Origin: Cyanobium sp.
GTDB taxonomy: Bacteria > Cyanobacteriota > Cyanobacteriia > PCC-6307 > Cyanobiaceae
NCBI GenBank assembly: GCA_044359075.1
Contig: JBIKMU010000011.1
Coordinates: forward strand, 7,306 to 71,305
Reading direction: 5' to 3'
Length of the DNA: 64,000 bases
Shown: positions 49,442 through 60,200 of the stretch, in pieces
How positions within the stretch are numbered: position 1 is the stretch's first letter
How the letters are laid out: every line of letters starts with the position of its first letter
The notes under the pieces: model-generated
What the model was told of the DNA's origin: nothing
The model's database searches: none
What the model saw: only the letters and a program-made list of their open reading frames with translations
Translations under genes and position numbers: made by a program

Positions 49442-50029
49442 GTGCCCGATGTCTGGGGGGGTCGCAATCCGGCCGTTTGCGCCGGCGTCGATGAAGTGGG
49501 CCGTGGATCTCTCTTTGGTCCTGTCTTTGCGGCGGCCGTCATCCTGCCGCCGCAAGCCCTGCCCATAGTCCAAAAGGCCGGTCTCACCGACAGCAAGCGT
49601 CTCTCGGCCCGGGCCCGGGCCGCGCTGGTTCCCCTGCTCCGCCACCAGGCCCTGAGCTGGGCCTTGGGGCAAGCAAGCGCCGCCGAAATCGATCGCCACG
49701 GCATTCGCTCGGCCACCGAAGCGGCCATGACCCGTGCCCTGCAACGACTCTCGATCACACCCGAGCTGGTTCTGATCGATGGGGTGCTGCCCTTACGGGG
49801 CTGGAGCGGGCCCCAACGCACAGTGATAAAAGGCGATCTTCATTGCGCCGCCATCTCCGCCGCCAGTGTCATGGCCAAGCAAGAAAGGGATGCCCTGCTG
49901 CGTCGCCTGGCCAACCACTTTCCGGGTTACGGGCTCGAACGCCATGCCGGCTATGGCACCGCCCAGCACCGTCAAGCCCTCGCCAGCCTGGGTGCCACTC
50001 CCCTGCATCGCCAAAGCTTCCTGCACTGA
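49442..50029 (+). CDS. rnhB: ribonuclease HII
   Basis: [30 protein letters not shown]. Confidence 0.95.
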   Translation: MPDVWGGRNPAVCAGVDEVGRGSLFGPVFAAAVILPPQALPIVQKAGLTDSKRLSARARAALVPLLRHQALSWALGQASAAEIDRHGIRSATEAAMTRALQRLSITPELVLIDGVLPLRGWSGPQRTVIKGDLHCAAISAASVMAKQERDALLRRLANHFPGYGLERHAGYGTAQHRQALASLGATPLHRQSFLH

Positions 50030-50401
50030 GGCCCAGGCAGGCAATCCAACAGCCAAAGCCTTCAAGCAGGGGGGGCAGGGGCTAACGGTAGAAGTTAAGG
50101 CAATTTACCAAAGGCCAGCAGGGCCATTTGTTAGACCAGATCTCAATTCGCTCGATAGATATCTATTTGAATTCTGCCTTGGCGCTAAAGAGCGAAAGAC
50201 CACAACATAACTCAAAGAATTTGCGTTCTTGTGGCACTATGCGCTTTTCCCGGGATCATGTCGCGTATTTTTGCGCGCAAGTTTATTCCATTTGCGCAAA
50301 TAAAATTGATTCATCGCAAGCAAATCGCTACTTTAGGAGAAATCAGTCTATAATTAAAGTGGGATTCTTACAGAATCCCTAAATGTTCTTTTTGATTAAT
50401 C

Positions 50402-51220
50402 ATGACCCATCTAATTAAAAAAAGTACTGTGGTCCTCAAAAATCGCTTACTGAAATCTGCTGCCACTTCAATCTTGGCACTCTCGGCCGCGACTGGAGCA
50501 CTCCTGGCCACCAGTACCAGTGTTTCAGCTCAAACTGCCCCACCCTTTGGTGCTTCCGTAGCAGGCCAAAATAAAAACATTTTTTACTTTACACCTTGGG
50601 GCAAACAGCTAGACAATGACAACACACCTAATGATCTACATGTTCCCGACACTGACTTGTCCGCGAACCCACAAGTAATTAACCACAACATATATGACAT
50701 CATGATCGATCCAAATACTCCCCTTGATTTTGAACTCTATCTTTATACGACCGCGCCGCAATATGTCGCCATCAATAATTTGCACAGCTTTTCATTCTTA
50801 ACTCAAGTAGATACAGGTGAATACAATTTAACTAACACTATTCTTGGCTCAGACATTGATAACTGTTCTGTGACCCCTATCGCCGGTGATCCTGCCGGAT
50901 TGCTCAATTGTCATTTCAAAGCGAATGTACAAGTTACGCCCGGTGCCTTTGCAAATCCAATTAAACTAGCCACTTTCAAGGGCATTACCGCAAACCCTGA
51001 TTTACATCCCGGCGATGGAACTTCAGATTTCAAAATAACACTTAATCAATTGACAGTCGGCTCCTCCGTTTCCTCCGTTAATGTTCCAGGGGTAGCTAAT
51101 CAATTCCAAGATGTAGAAGTTCAACGGGTTCCTGGCCCTCTTCCAATTCTGGGCGCGGCCGCAGCGTTCAGGTTCTGCCGCAAAGCACGCAAGTTATCTG
51201 CCCGAAACAAAACTGTCTGA
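50402..51220 (+). CDS. low-GC surface protein with cyanobacterial PEP-CTERM-like sorting signal
   Basis: Signal peptide (..ATSTSVSAQT) and C-terminal VPGPLPILGAAAAFRFCRKARKL. Confidence 0.8.
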   Translation: MTHLIKKSTVVLKNRLLKSAATSILALSAATGALLATSTSVSAQTAPPFGASVAGQNKNIFYFTPWGKQLDNDNTPNDLHVPDTDLSANPQVINHNIYDIMIDPNTPLDFELYLYTTAPQYVAINNLHSFSFLTQVDTGEYNLTNTILGSDIDNCSVTPIAGDPAGLLNCHFKANVQVTPGAFANPIKLATFKGITANPDLHPGDGTSDFKITLNQLTVGSSVSSVNVPGVANQFQDVEVQRVPGPLPILGAAAAFRFCRKARKLSARNKTV

Positions 51221-51242
51221 ATGGGGTAGAAGCTATCCATGT

Positions 51243-51277
51243 AAGCCTTCGCTCTCGCCTTGGCGGGGGCTTTTTTG
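51243..51277 (+). terminator. putative Rho-independent terminator
   Basis: GC-rich stem (GCTCTCGC..GCGGGGGC) followed by TTTTTT. Confidence 0.55.
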
Positions 51278-51521
51278 ATGCTCAGGCCCCGAAGGTGGGC
51301 CATCCCACCAGTCTCATCACAGCCTCGTACGATTACACCGAGGAGCATCTGCAGATTAATTTGCTTCATTGGCCGGCTGAATGTCCGGCGCCGCCTTGAA
51401 CCTTGAACCAAGCACCATTGGCAAGCGTCCGGCTTGCTGCCCTGCCCTGTCCTGCTCGGCGCTTGCTGGCCTGCTCGGCGCTTACTGCGCCCCGCGCCCC
51501 TAACGACCCGTCACAGCAGCG

Positions 51522-52061
51522 CTAGGGGGCTGCAGGTCCGTCGTCCAGGCGCCCCGAGAGACACCACTGCTGAAAATCGGCCACCAGTTGCTGACTGACC
51601 CGATGGCGAATATTGGCCAAAATGCCATTGAGCAACGAACGGCCCGAGGCCTCCAGCAACCGTTGGGGGATCAAACCAAGCAGGGCCGGCTGTCTGCCGC
51701 TGACCGCCAGGGCCGCTTCGCCTTCAAGGCCGCCAGGGGCAGCCACCAACCACGAGTTGAGCTGCAGCTGGAAGTCCTCCACCAGACCCAGACCCTCAAG
51801 CTGACAGTGGAGTGAATCCAGTTCGAGTCGGCCTTGATGGTGCCGGGCCTGAATTTCGACCACCGGGTGGATCTGCAGATGGAACAACTGCACCCGTGTG
51901 ACGTGATAGCGATAGTGGCCGGGTCCGAGGACCTCAAGTTGGGTCGGATCCAACAAGGCCTCCACCACCCGGCGTTCATCGTTGAGGTAGGCCCGCAGTG
52001 AGTCCGCATGCTCGTTGACCGGCAAACGGAGCTGCTGACGAGCGCTGAACGCTACGGCCAT
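51522..52061 (-). CDS. DUF1997-like domain protein
   Basis: Family-like sequence and conserved cyanobacterial position divergent from pheA (recalled, not searched). Confidence 0.7.
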   Translation of the reverse strand: MAVAFSARQQLRLPVNEHADSLRAYLNDERRVVEALLDPTQLEVLGPGHYRYHVTRVQLFHLQIHPVVEIQARHHQGRLELDSLHCQLEGLGLVEDFQLQLNSWLVAAPGGLEGEAALAVSGRQPALLGLIPQRLLEASGRSLLNGILANIRHRVSQQLVADFQQWCLSGRLDDGPAAP

Positions 52062-52110
52062 GGACAGCGGACCGGCAGGCATGATCCTATCGACCCGCTC
52101 TCCCCCGGCC

Positions 52111-52971
52111 ATGCGCCTCGCCTATCTCGGCCCCGTTGGCACCTACGGCGAACAGGCTGCCAAGCGACTCGCGGCGCTGGCAGGGCTTGAGGCCACATTG
52201 ATTCCCCAACCAGGCATCCAGGCGGTGATCCGCGCCTTGGCCGAGGGGGACTGTGAGGCAGCGGTGGTGCCTGTGGAGAATTCAGTAGAAGGGGGGGTTA
52301 CAAGCTGCCTGGATGCCCTCTGGCAGTACCCCGACCTGGTGATTAGCCATGGCCTGGTCCTGCCGATCCGTCACGCCCTGCTGGGCAGTGGCCCGCTAGC
52401 TGGCATCAGTGAAGTGCTCTCCCATCCCCAAGCCCTGGCCCAATGCCCCCAATGGTTGGCCCAGCATCTGAGCGGGGCCCTGCAGTTACCCACCAGCTCC
52501 ACCGCCGAAGCAGCACGCCTGGTGCGAGGCAGCCGCTTCCGTGCCGCCATCGCCTCCCTGGAGGCCGCCAAGGAGCACGGGCTGGAGGTAATCGCCTATC
52601 CGATCAACGACGTAGCAGGCAATTGCACACGCTTTCTGCTACTACGCCGTCAACCTTACGCCGCTGGCAGTGGACCCCATGCCAGCTTGGCTTTTTCGCT
52701 CCAGGCCAACCGCCCCGGCGCCCTGCTCGCAGCCCTGACTTGCTTTGCCAGCGAAGATCTCAATATGAGCCGAATCGAGTCCCGCCCATCGAAACGGTCC
52801 ATGGGCGAGTACATCTTCTTTGTAGATCTTGACCTCAGCCAAGGTATGGCACCCTTAGATCGCGCCATGGCCGCCTTAAGGCCCCACTGTGAACAACTGG
52901 TCCTGTTCGGGGTCTATCCCTTAACGATACTGAATCCTCCGGAAGATAACAACAATGCTGCAAACAACTAA
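52111..52971 (+). CDS. pheA: prephenate dehydratase
   Basis: AYLGPVGTY, PVENSVEG, SHPQALAQC, NCTRF, SRIESRPS. Confidence 0.95.
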   Translation: MRLAYLGPVGTYGEQAAKRLAALAGLEATLIPQPGIQAVIRALAEGDCEAAVVPVENSVEGGVTSCLDALWQYPDLVISHGLVLPIRHALLGSGPLAGISEVLSHPQALAQCPQWLAQHLSGALQLPTSSTAEAARLVRGSRFRAAIASLEAAKEHGLEVIAYPINDVAGNCTRFLLLRRQPYAAGSGPHASLAFSLQANRPGALLAALTCFASEDLNMSRIESRPSKRSMGEYIFFVDLDLSQGMAPLDRAMAALRPHCEQLVLFGVYPLTILNPPEDNNNAANN

Positions 52972-52993
52972 AAAACACTCTACACTTGAAAAC

Positions 52994-53956
52994 CTATGGC
53001 TTCTGGCCACGAAAGACACCAAACTGCATCAAACCATGGCGAAAAGCCCAGTCCATCAAAAGCAAAGTAGGTGTTTCGCGTAGTCCCTGCAAAACGGCCT
53101 TTGGCCCCAGTCCTAAGACCGCACCGGGTCTCCTGAAGCCTTCGAGAATCGAGTCCCGCCAGGAAGGCACCGTGGCCACAGTCCAATCAGCACTCTCAAC
53201 CTCTAAACCCTCAGCCCAAGGACTGCAATTAAAATCGCGGCGCATCGCAGCAATACTGGCGAATTCAGGGTGGGCCCATTGGTCCAGTAACTGGCGCATC
53301 ACCCAGCGCTCCAAACGATCCATCGCCCCTTCAACTGGATCGCGGCGATTCCAATCTGCCATTGCCAATCGGCCATGGGGCCGCAGCATACGCAGCAATT
53401 CATCGACATAACGCTGTTTGTCAGGCATATGGGGTGCGGCCTCCACGCTCCAAACCGCATCAAAGCCCCGATCCGGCAAATCGAGCGCCAAGGCATCCAT
53501 GACCGCAAACCGACAATGAGTAGCCAATTCCGGGGGTGTCAGGGCGCGAGCCCGGGCAATTTGGGCCGGACTGATACTGATTGCCAGCACATCAAAACCA
53601 TAGTGAAGCGCCAGAAGCCGAGCACTACCGCCAATACCGCATCCCACATCCAGAATCCGACTACCTGGGGGCAAACGATCGATACCACTCCAACGAACCA
53701 GTTCATGGACGAAATCATCTTTAGCCAAACGAAAATCGCGGGGCCGGGCAGGATTACCATAAAAACCAAGGTGAACATGATCACCCCAAAGGCGCTCTAA
53801 CAGCGCATCTTCCGTCCAGCGATTATAAGCGTCAGCAACACTAGTTGAACCTTGATAGCTTCGATTTGATGCCAGCCAAAGGCGGACACCAACTAAAGCT
53901 GTAACCACTAACAATAAAACCAAGGCCAGAGATCCGACCAGGCTTTGCATAGACAT
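52994..53956 (-). CDS. SAM-dependent methyltransferase (tocopherol/plastoquinol methyltransferase-like)
   Basis: LWGDHVHLGFY, LDVGCGIGGS, WSVEAAPHMPDK. Confidence 0.85.
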   Translation of the reverse strand: MSMQSLVGSLALVLLLVVTALVGVRLWLASNRSYQGSTSVADAYNRWTEDALLERLWGDHVHLGFYGNPARPRDFRLAKDDFVHELVRWSGIDRLPPGSRILDVGCGIGGSARLLALHYGFDVLAISISPAQIARARALTPPELATHCRFAVMDALALDLPDRGFDAVWSVEAAPHMPDKQRYVDELLRMLRPHGRLAMADWNRRDPVEGAMDRLERWVMRQLLDQWAHPEFASIAAMRRDFNCSPWAEGLEVESADWTVATVPSWRDSILEGFRRPGAVLGLGPKAVLQGLRETPTLLLMDWAFRHGLMQFGVFRGQKP

Positions 53957-54646
53957 TTAAAAATCGCCGCTATTCAAATCGTCGGAATCAGCCTGAGAAT
54001 CAGCTGAATCAAAGGTATCTTTAAGGACAGTCCTTGCCGCCAGCTGGCGGCGCGTCTGATCAAGAAGTTCAAATTCTTGCCTCAGGCGCTCACCCGTGTC
54101 GGTTATCTCAAGCAAGGCCTGCTGGTGATCGGCCACTGGTCCACCCAGGTGAGCGCCGATCCAATAAGAAAGTTCGCGGGGAAGATCAGGAAGATCGGGA
54201 GGAAGAATAGCTGGCTTGCCTATCAGCTTGCCGGTCAACTCAACCACATCCCTCAAGGCTTTACTTACGTTGGTGGTTAGCGCAACCAAATCGTCGCGTG
54301 AATCGGAGGTATCGTCTTCAATCCAACTGACCATCGCCACGCGATAGGGTGTCTCACGCAAAATGCTGAGAACACGAAAACGTTGCTGGCCCATCGTCAC
54401 AATATTGCTGCGGTCATCTTCTTGGGACTGCCAATGAAGAATTTCGGCGCAACATCCCACCTCCGCCATCTTCTGACGCTGGGGATCCCAACGAACCACG
54501 CCAAAACGACGATCTTCGGCCATTACCGTCCGCAACATCATGCGATAACGGGACTCAAAGATATGCAGCGGCAGCACCTCCTGAGGGAAAAGCACCACAT
54601 CAGGAAGGGGGAAAAGAGGCAGTTCCCTTACGGCTAATTCAGTCAC
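53957..54646 (-). CDS. LON peptidase N-terminal substrate-binding domain protein
   Basis: ELPLFPLPDVVLFP, LHIFESRYR, GQQRFRV. Confidence 0.9.
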   Translation of the reverse strand: MTELAVRELPLFPLPDVVLFPQEVLPLHIFESRYRMMLRTVMAEDRRFGVVRWDPQRQKMAEVGCCAEILHWQSQEDDRSNIVTMGQQRFRVLSILRETPYRVAMVSWIEDDTSDSRDDLVALTTNVSKALRDVVELTGKLIGKPAILPPDLPDLPRELSYWIGAHLGGPVADHQQALLEITDTGERLRQEFELLDQTRRQLAARTVLKDTFDSADSQADSDDLNSGDF

Positions 54647-54888
54647 GCGTTATGGCTGAGCCCTAGGGTCAGCGGCAGGGTGACATACAAGACAGCCGTT
54701 GGGGTATTCACGGTAAAAATAATGGAAGAAATGGGCGGAACGGATGCATCAGCCCATCAATCCTAGTCAGAACAAGGTCCGTAGGAGCCTCTGATTGGCA
54801 CAACGCAATCAAAGCGCTCCCAAAACCACCAGTAGTCGCATCAAAACCGACCAGGGGAGGGGGGGCCTACAAAGACTGGTCTAAGACA

Positions 54889-55209
54889 TCAAAGCTTGAC
54901 CTCAATATCAACACCACTGGGTAAATCCAGCTTCATGAGGGCGTCGATCGTCTTGGAACTCGGGCTATAAATATCAATAATACGACGATGGGTGCGAGTC
55001 TCGAAATGCTCGCGGGAATCTTTGTCTACGTGTGGAGAGCGAAGAACACAATAGATTTTGCGCTTGGTTGGCAGTGGAATCGGACCAATTGCAGTGGCAG
55101 CAGTGTGATCAGCCGTCTCGATGATCTTCTCACAAGATAGATCAAGCATTCTGCGGTCAAATGCTTTGAGGCGGATACGAATCTTTTGTTGGGGAATGGA
55201 ACTCGTCAT
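54889..55209 (-). CDS. rpsJ: 30S ribosomal protein S10
   Basis: [23 protein letters not shown]. Confidence 0.98.
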   Translation of the reverse strand: MTSSIPQQKIRIRLKAFDRRMLDLSCEKIIETADHTAATAIGPIPLPTKRKIYCVLRSPHVDKDSREHFETRTHRRIIDIYSPSSKTIDALMKLDLPSGVDIEVKL

Positions 55210-55342
55210 CAGGTGAAATGGTGCAATACACCAAAAGAATTGGATTTTCTAGTTGCTTTAAGTTGGAGATAGGCAAGAAATAGCCTGCTCCTAAACAAAG
55301 TCGACCGACTAGGTGAAAACCACCTAATCGGTCTGTGTCGAC

Positions 55343-56572
55343 TCACTCAACGATCTTGGAAACAACACCGGCGCCGATCGTACGACCACCTTCGCGAATA
55401 GCGAAACGCATGCCTTGTTCGATGGCAACTGGGCAGATCAACTCGGCACTCATCTTGATGCGGTCACCGGGCATGACCATCTCAACGTTGCTGCCATCAT
55501 CTGCCGTGAAGGCAGTGATCTGACCGGTTACATCCGTGGTACGAATATAGAACTGAGGACGATAGCCAGCAAAGAAAGGAGTGTGGCGACCACCTTCTTC
55601 TTTCTTCAGAACATAAACCTCACCTTCGAATTTGGTGTGGGGCTTAATGGAATTTGGCTTGACCAAAACCATGCCGCGTTCGATGTCTTCCTTCTGGATG
55701 CCGCGAAGCAGAAGACCGACGTTGTCTCCAGCCATGCCTTCATCAAGAAGCTTGCGGAACATTTCCACCCCAGTCACGGTAGTTTCGCGGGTGTCACGAA
55801 TCCCGACAACCTGAACAGTCTCACCAACCTTCACCTTACCCCGCTCGATCCGACCAGTAGCCACTGTGCCCCGACCAGTGATGGAGAAAACATCCTCAAT
55901 GGCCATCAAGAAAGGCTTGTCAATTTCACGTTCCGGCTGGGGAATCGCCTCATCAACAGCATCCATCAGATCCAGGATCTTATCGACCCATTCATCCTCT
56001 CCACGCACGGCCTTATTACCAGCTTGAATATATTCAAGTGCCTTGAGAGCAGAGCCGGCCACAACGGGGATGTCATCGCCTGGGAAGTCATAGCTGCTGA
56101 GCAGCTCCCGCATTTCCAGTTCTACCAACTCAAGGATCTCCTCGTCATCGACCATGTCCTTCTTGTTGAGGAACACAACCAATGCAGGAACACCCACCTG
56201 TTTTGCCAAAAGAATATGTTCCTTAGTTTGGGCCATCGGACCATCCGTGGCTGCGACTACCAGGATGGCGCCATCCATTTGGGCCGCGCCCGTAATCATG
56301 TTCTTTACATAGTCCGCGTGGCCTGGACAATCCACGTGGGCATAGTGTCGCTTCTCGGTTTCGTACTCGACGTGAGCCGTGTTAATGGTGATGCCACGCT
56401 CCTTTTCTTCCGGAGCACCATCGATTTCATCATAGGCTTGGGCCTTGGCCATGCCTTGGGATGCGAGGACGTTGGTGATCGCCGCGGTGAGAGTGGTCTT
56501 GCCGTGGTCAACGTGGCCAATGGTGCCAATGTTGACGTGGGGCTTGTTCCTTTCGAACTTCTCGCGTGCCAT
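55343..56572 (-). CDS. tuf: elongation factor Tu
   Basis: [34 protein letters not shown]. Confidence 0.99.
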   Translation of the reverse strand: MAREKFERNKPHVNIGTIGHVDHGKTTLTAAITNVLASQGMAKAQAYDEIDGAPEEKERGITINTAHVEYETEKRHYAHVDCPGHADYVKNMITGAAQMDGAILVVAATDGPMAQTKEHILLAKQVGVPALVVFLNKKDMVDDEEILELVELEMRELLSSYDFPGDDIPVVAGSALKALEYIQAGNKAVRGEDEWVDKILDLMDAVDEAIPQPEREIDKPFLMAIEDVFSITGRGTVATGRIERGKVKVGETVQVVGIRDTRETTVTGVEMFRKLLDEGMAGDNVGLLLRGIQKEDIERGMVLVKPNSIKPHTKFEGEVYVLKKEEGGRHTPFFAGYRPQFYIRTTDVTGQITAFTADDGSNVEMVMPGDRIKMSAELICPVAIEQGMRFAIREGGRTIGAGVVSKIVE

Positions 56573-56617
56573 GGAAGGAAAGAATCGAGGGGTGGATTTT
56601 TGGGTTGGAAATGAAGA

Positions 56618-58693
56618 TCAGGAATTGCCCTGATTCTTGGAGATGATGGCTTCAGCAACATTGCGAGGAACTTCCTCGTAGTGACTGAACTCCATCGAGA
56701 AGATACCCCGACCCTGGGTCATGGATCGGAGCTGGGTGGCGTAGCCAAACATCTCGGCCAAGGGAACCTTGGACTGCACTTTGGATTGGCCGTTTTCAAC
56801 GGACTGCCCTTCAACCTGGCCACGACGGGAGGAAAGATCCCCGATGACCGAGCCGAGGTAATCCTCAGGAACCTCCACTTCAACCTTCATCATCGGCTCA
56901 AGCAGAACAGGGTTGCACTTCTTGACGCCATCTTTGAAGGCCATGGAGCCGGCGATTTTAAACGCCATTTCCGATGAGTCTACGTCGTGGTACGACCCGT
57001 CAATCATCGTGACCTTGACATCAATCATCGGAAAGCCTGCAATCACACCGGATTGGCAGGTTTCCTTCATGCCGGCTTCGGCGGGGCCGATGTATTCCTT
57101 GGGAACGATGCCACCGACAATCTTGTTGACAAACTCAAAGCCTGAACCTGGTTCACCCGGTTCCATCTCAATAACCACATGGCCATATTGACCCTTACCG
57201 CCAGTTTGGCGAGCAAACTTGCCCTCGCCTTTAGAACTACTGCGAATGGTTTCACGATAGGAAACCTGTGGGGCGCCAATATTGGCTTCCACCTTGAATT
57301 CCCTAAGCATCCGATCGACGAGAATTTCAAGATGAAGTTCACCCATACCAGCAATCACTGTCTGGCTTGTTTCAGGATTGGTAGAGACTCGGAAAGTAGG
57401 ATCTTCCTCAGCAAGGGATTGGAGTGCTTTGGATAACTTCTCCATGTCACCCTTCGTCTTCGGCTCGACCGCAACGGAGATGACTGGGTCGGGAATGTAA
57501 AGGGATTCAAGGATAATCGGATCAGAATCTACACAGAGAGTATCCCCAGTCGTGGTGTCCTTCAGGCCCAGGACCGCTCCCAAATCACCAGCACGCAGCT
57601 CATCAACTTCTTCACGGTCATCAGCCTTTAACAAAATAAGACGGGAAATTCTTTCCTTCTTATCCTTGGTGGAGTTCAAAACGTAACTGCCTTTTTGGAG
57701 TACACCGCTGTACATGCGCACAAAGGTGAGTTTGCCGTAGGGGTCGGCCATCACCTTGAATGCCAACGCACTAAACGGAGCATTGTCGTCACAGGGACGA
57801 ATCGACTCGGTGCCGTCAGGCAGGAGTCCCGTAATAGGAGGGACATCAACGGGAGCAGGAAGATAATCGACCACAGCGTCTAGCACAAGTTGCACACCCT
57901 TGTTCTTAAATGCCGAACCACAAAGGATGGGCACGAGACCGTGCTTAACAACGCCTTGGCGGATTCCCTTAATGAGCTGTTCTTCGGTAAGTTCGCCGTT
58001 TTCTAGGTAGGCCTCAATCAATTCCTCATCACTTTCGGCCACAGTCTCCATTAACTTGCCGCGCCATTTAGCCACTTCTTCCACCATATCGTCAGGAATG
58101 GGCTGTTCAAGAATGTCTGTGCCAAGATCGTTGGTATAAACGATGGCCTTGTTGCGAACCAAATCAACGATGCCCTTCAATTCCCCTTCAGCACCTATTG
58201 GCAACTGGATAGGAGCGGCATTAGCCTTAAGTCGATCCTTAATTTGCTCGTAGACTTTAAGGAAATTGGCCCCGGTGCGATCCATCTTGTTAACGAACAC
58301 GATCCGCGGCACGTTATAACGATCCGCTTGCCGCCAAACCGTCTCGGACTGGGGCTGAACACCGCCAACGGCACAAAATACCGCAATCACCCCATCCAGC
58401 ACCCGCATGGAGCGCTCGACTTCAATAGTGAAGTCGACGTGACCAGGGGTGTCAATTATATTGATCCGGTTATCTTTCCAACTTGTGGAAATAGCCGCGG
58501 CCGTGATGGTGATGCCACGCTCCCGTTCCTGCTCCATCCAATCAGTGACGGCTGCACCATCGTGCACCTCACCCATCTTGTGGACTACCCCAGAATAGAA
58601 AAGGATCCGTTCTGTCGTCGTGGTCTTGCCCGCATCAATATGCGCGGCAATCCCAATATTTCTAACTCGGTCCAGAGGATAGGCGCGGGCCAC
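56618..58693 (-). CDS. fusA: elongation factor G
   Basis: [26 protein letters not shown]. Confidence 0.99.
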   Translation of the reverse strand: MARAYPLDRVRNIGIAAHIDAGKTTTTERILFYSGVVHKMGEVHDGAAVTDWMEQERERGITITAAAISTSWKDNRINIIDTPGHVDFTIEVERSMRVLDGVIAVFCAVGGVQPQSETVWRQADRYNVPRIVFVNKMDRTGANFLKVYEQIKDRLKANAAPIQLPIGAEGELKGIVDLVRNKAIVYTNDLGTDILEQPIPDDMVEEVAKWRGKLMETVAESDEELIEAYLENGELTEEQLIKGIRQGVVKHGLVPILCGSAFKNKGVQLVLDAVVDYLPAPVDVPPITGLLPDGTESIRPCDDNAPFSALAFKVMADPYGKLTFVRMYSGVLQKGSYVLNSTKDKKERISRLILLKADDREEVDELRAGDLGAVLGLKDTTTGDTLCVDSDPIILESLYIPDPVISVAVEPKTKGDMEKLSKALQSLAEEDPTFRVSTNPETSQTVIAGMGELHLEILVDRMLREFKVEANIGAPQVSYRETIRSSSKGEGKFARQTGGKGQYGHVVIEMEPGEPGSGFEFVNKIVGGIVPKEYIGPAEAGMKETCQSGVIAGFPMIDVKVTMIDGSYHDVDSSEMAFKIAGSMAFKDGVKKCNPVLLEPMMKVEVEVPEDYLGSVIGDLSSRRGQVEGQSVENGQSKVQSKVPLAEMFGYATQLRSMTQGRGIFSMEFSHYEEVPRNVAEAIISKNQGNS

Positions 58694-58803
58694 GGGGGTC
58701 GTCTCCGAGGTGGGGTCGAGAAATAAGCGGGCATTAGTCTACAGTCCAGCTGTAGGGAACAAAATCCGGAGAGCCCTGGCTCCGGATTCTTGGGGCTACT
58801 GGA

Positions 58804-59274
58804 TCAGTAGCGGTAATGGGCGAAGGCCTTATTGGCTTCGGCCATCTTGTGGGTTTCCTCACGCTTGCGGACGGCACTGCCGGCCTCGTTGGCGGCATCC
58901 ATCAGTTCACCTGCCAGCTTCTGGGCCATGCTTCGGCCATTGCGAGCACGGGAGAAATTAACCAACCACCGCAGGGCCATAGCTGTCCCCCGCTCCTGTC
59001 GGACTTCCATGGGAACCTGATAGGTGGCACCCCCGACCCGACGGGCCCGAACCTCAACAAGGGGTGTTGCATTACGAACGGCGGTCTCGAATAACTCGAG
59101 AGGATCGGATCCGGTCCGGTCGTTGATCAGCGAGAAAGCATCCGAGAGAATTCTCTGGGCTGTGGACTTCTTACCATGCTTCATCAGCCTGGCCACAATC
59201 ATCGAGGCCAAACGGCTGTTGAACTGTGGATCCGGCAGGACAGGTCGCTTTTCGGCGGCGTTGCGTCGGGACAT
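58804..59274 (-). CDS. rpsG: 30S ribosomal protein S7
   Basis: [21 protein letters not shown]. Confidence 0.99.
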   Translation of the reverse strand: MSRRNAAEKRPVLPDPQFNSRLASMIVARLMKHGKKSTAQRILSDAFSLINDRTGSDPLELFETAVRNATPLVEVRARRVGGATYQVPMEVRQERGTAMALRWLVNFSRARNGRSMAQKLAGELMDAANEAGSAVRKREETHKMAEANKAFAHYRY

Positions 59275-59361
59275 GGGGGCGTGTTTGGGAAACGGGCGAT
59301 GGGGAGGGCGGTTGCTGAGAGTCGCGGCAGGACCGCGCTGCTTACACCCGACGAATGGAAC

Positions 59362-59736
59362 TCAGGCCTTGGGAGTTTTGGCGCCGTACTTCGAACGGGA
59401 CTGGCGCCGATCCTTGACACCAGAGGTGTCAAGGGTGCCGCGGATGATGTGATAGCGAACCCCAGGGAGATCCTTGACGCGACCACCGCGAATGAGCACA
59501 ACGGAGTGCTCCTGCAGGTTGTGGCCGATGCCTGGAATGTAGGCAGTCACCTCAAACCCTGAGGTGAGGCGGACCCGTGCCACTTTGCGCAGGGCCGAGT
59601 TCGGCTTTTTGGGAGTTGAGGTGTAAACGCGGGTGCAGACGCCACGGCGTTCCGGGCAGGCGCGCAGAGCCGGCGACTTAGTTTTGCGGGTGAGGCGCTG
59701 CCGTTCGGTGCGGATCAGCTGCTGAATCGTGGGCAT
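59362..59736 (-). CDS. rpsL: 30S ribosomal protein S12
   Basis: [27 protein letters not shown]. Confidence 0.99.
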   Translation of the reverse strand: MPTIQQLIRTERQRLTRKTKSPALRACPERRGVCTRVYTSTPKKPNSALRKVARVRLTSGFEVTAYIPGIGHNLQEHSVVLIRGGRVKDLPGVRYHIIRGTLDTSGVKDRRQSRSKYGAKTPKA

Positions 59737-59802
59737 CGAGGGCCGGAGTGCTGCTCGGAGGACATTGGTCGGACGTCCGACCGTTTTCGACAATCCGACA
59801 CC

Positions 59803-60183
59803 CTACGACCCCATGGGCCCGCGAACCCCTGTTCGATCAAAGGAAGCCCCACAGGCGCAGCCGCTTACCCCCTCTCCGGATCGCACCAAAAAGCCTCCGC
59901 CGCTGAGATCGCCTCGGTAATCGAGCTGCAAGCCGTTCAGGAGGGCAATTTGATCACCTGGCGCGTACAGGGTGATGCCATCCGCCCTGGCCAGGGGAAT
60001 TCCGGCCAGATGACCGGGCCGCAAGCGAATGGTCCAGGCGGCGCAGCGGCCTTCGAGCAGATCCAGATGCATCAAGCCTGGAGTACCGGCCACAGCCGCC
60101 TGGCGACAAAGTTCAGCGGCGGCGGCGGCGGTGATGCGCAAACTATGGCCCCGGGGCACGATGTTCTGGTTTGGGATCTCCAA
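59803..60183 (-). CDS. HesB/IscA-like Fe-S accessory family protein
   Basis: LRITAAAA, GRC, LDYRGDL..GGF, C-terminal CACGASF. Confidence 0.75.
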   Translation of the reverse strand: MEIPNQNIVPRGHSLRITAAAAAELCRQAAVAGTPGLMHLDLLEGRCAAWTIRLRPGHLAGIPLARADGITLYAPGDQIALLNGLQLDYRGDLSGGGFLVRSGEGVSGCACGASFDRTGVRGPMGS

Positions 60184-60200
60184 TCTGGCAGGACCCAGCC

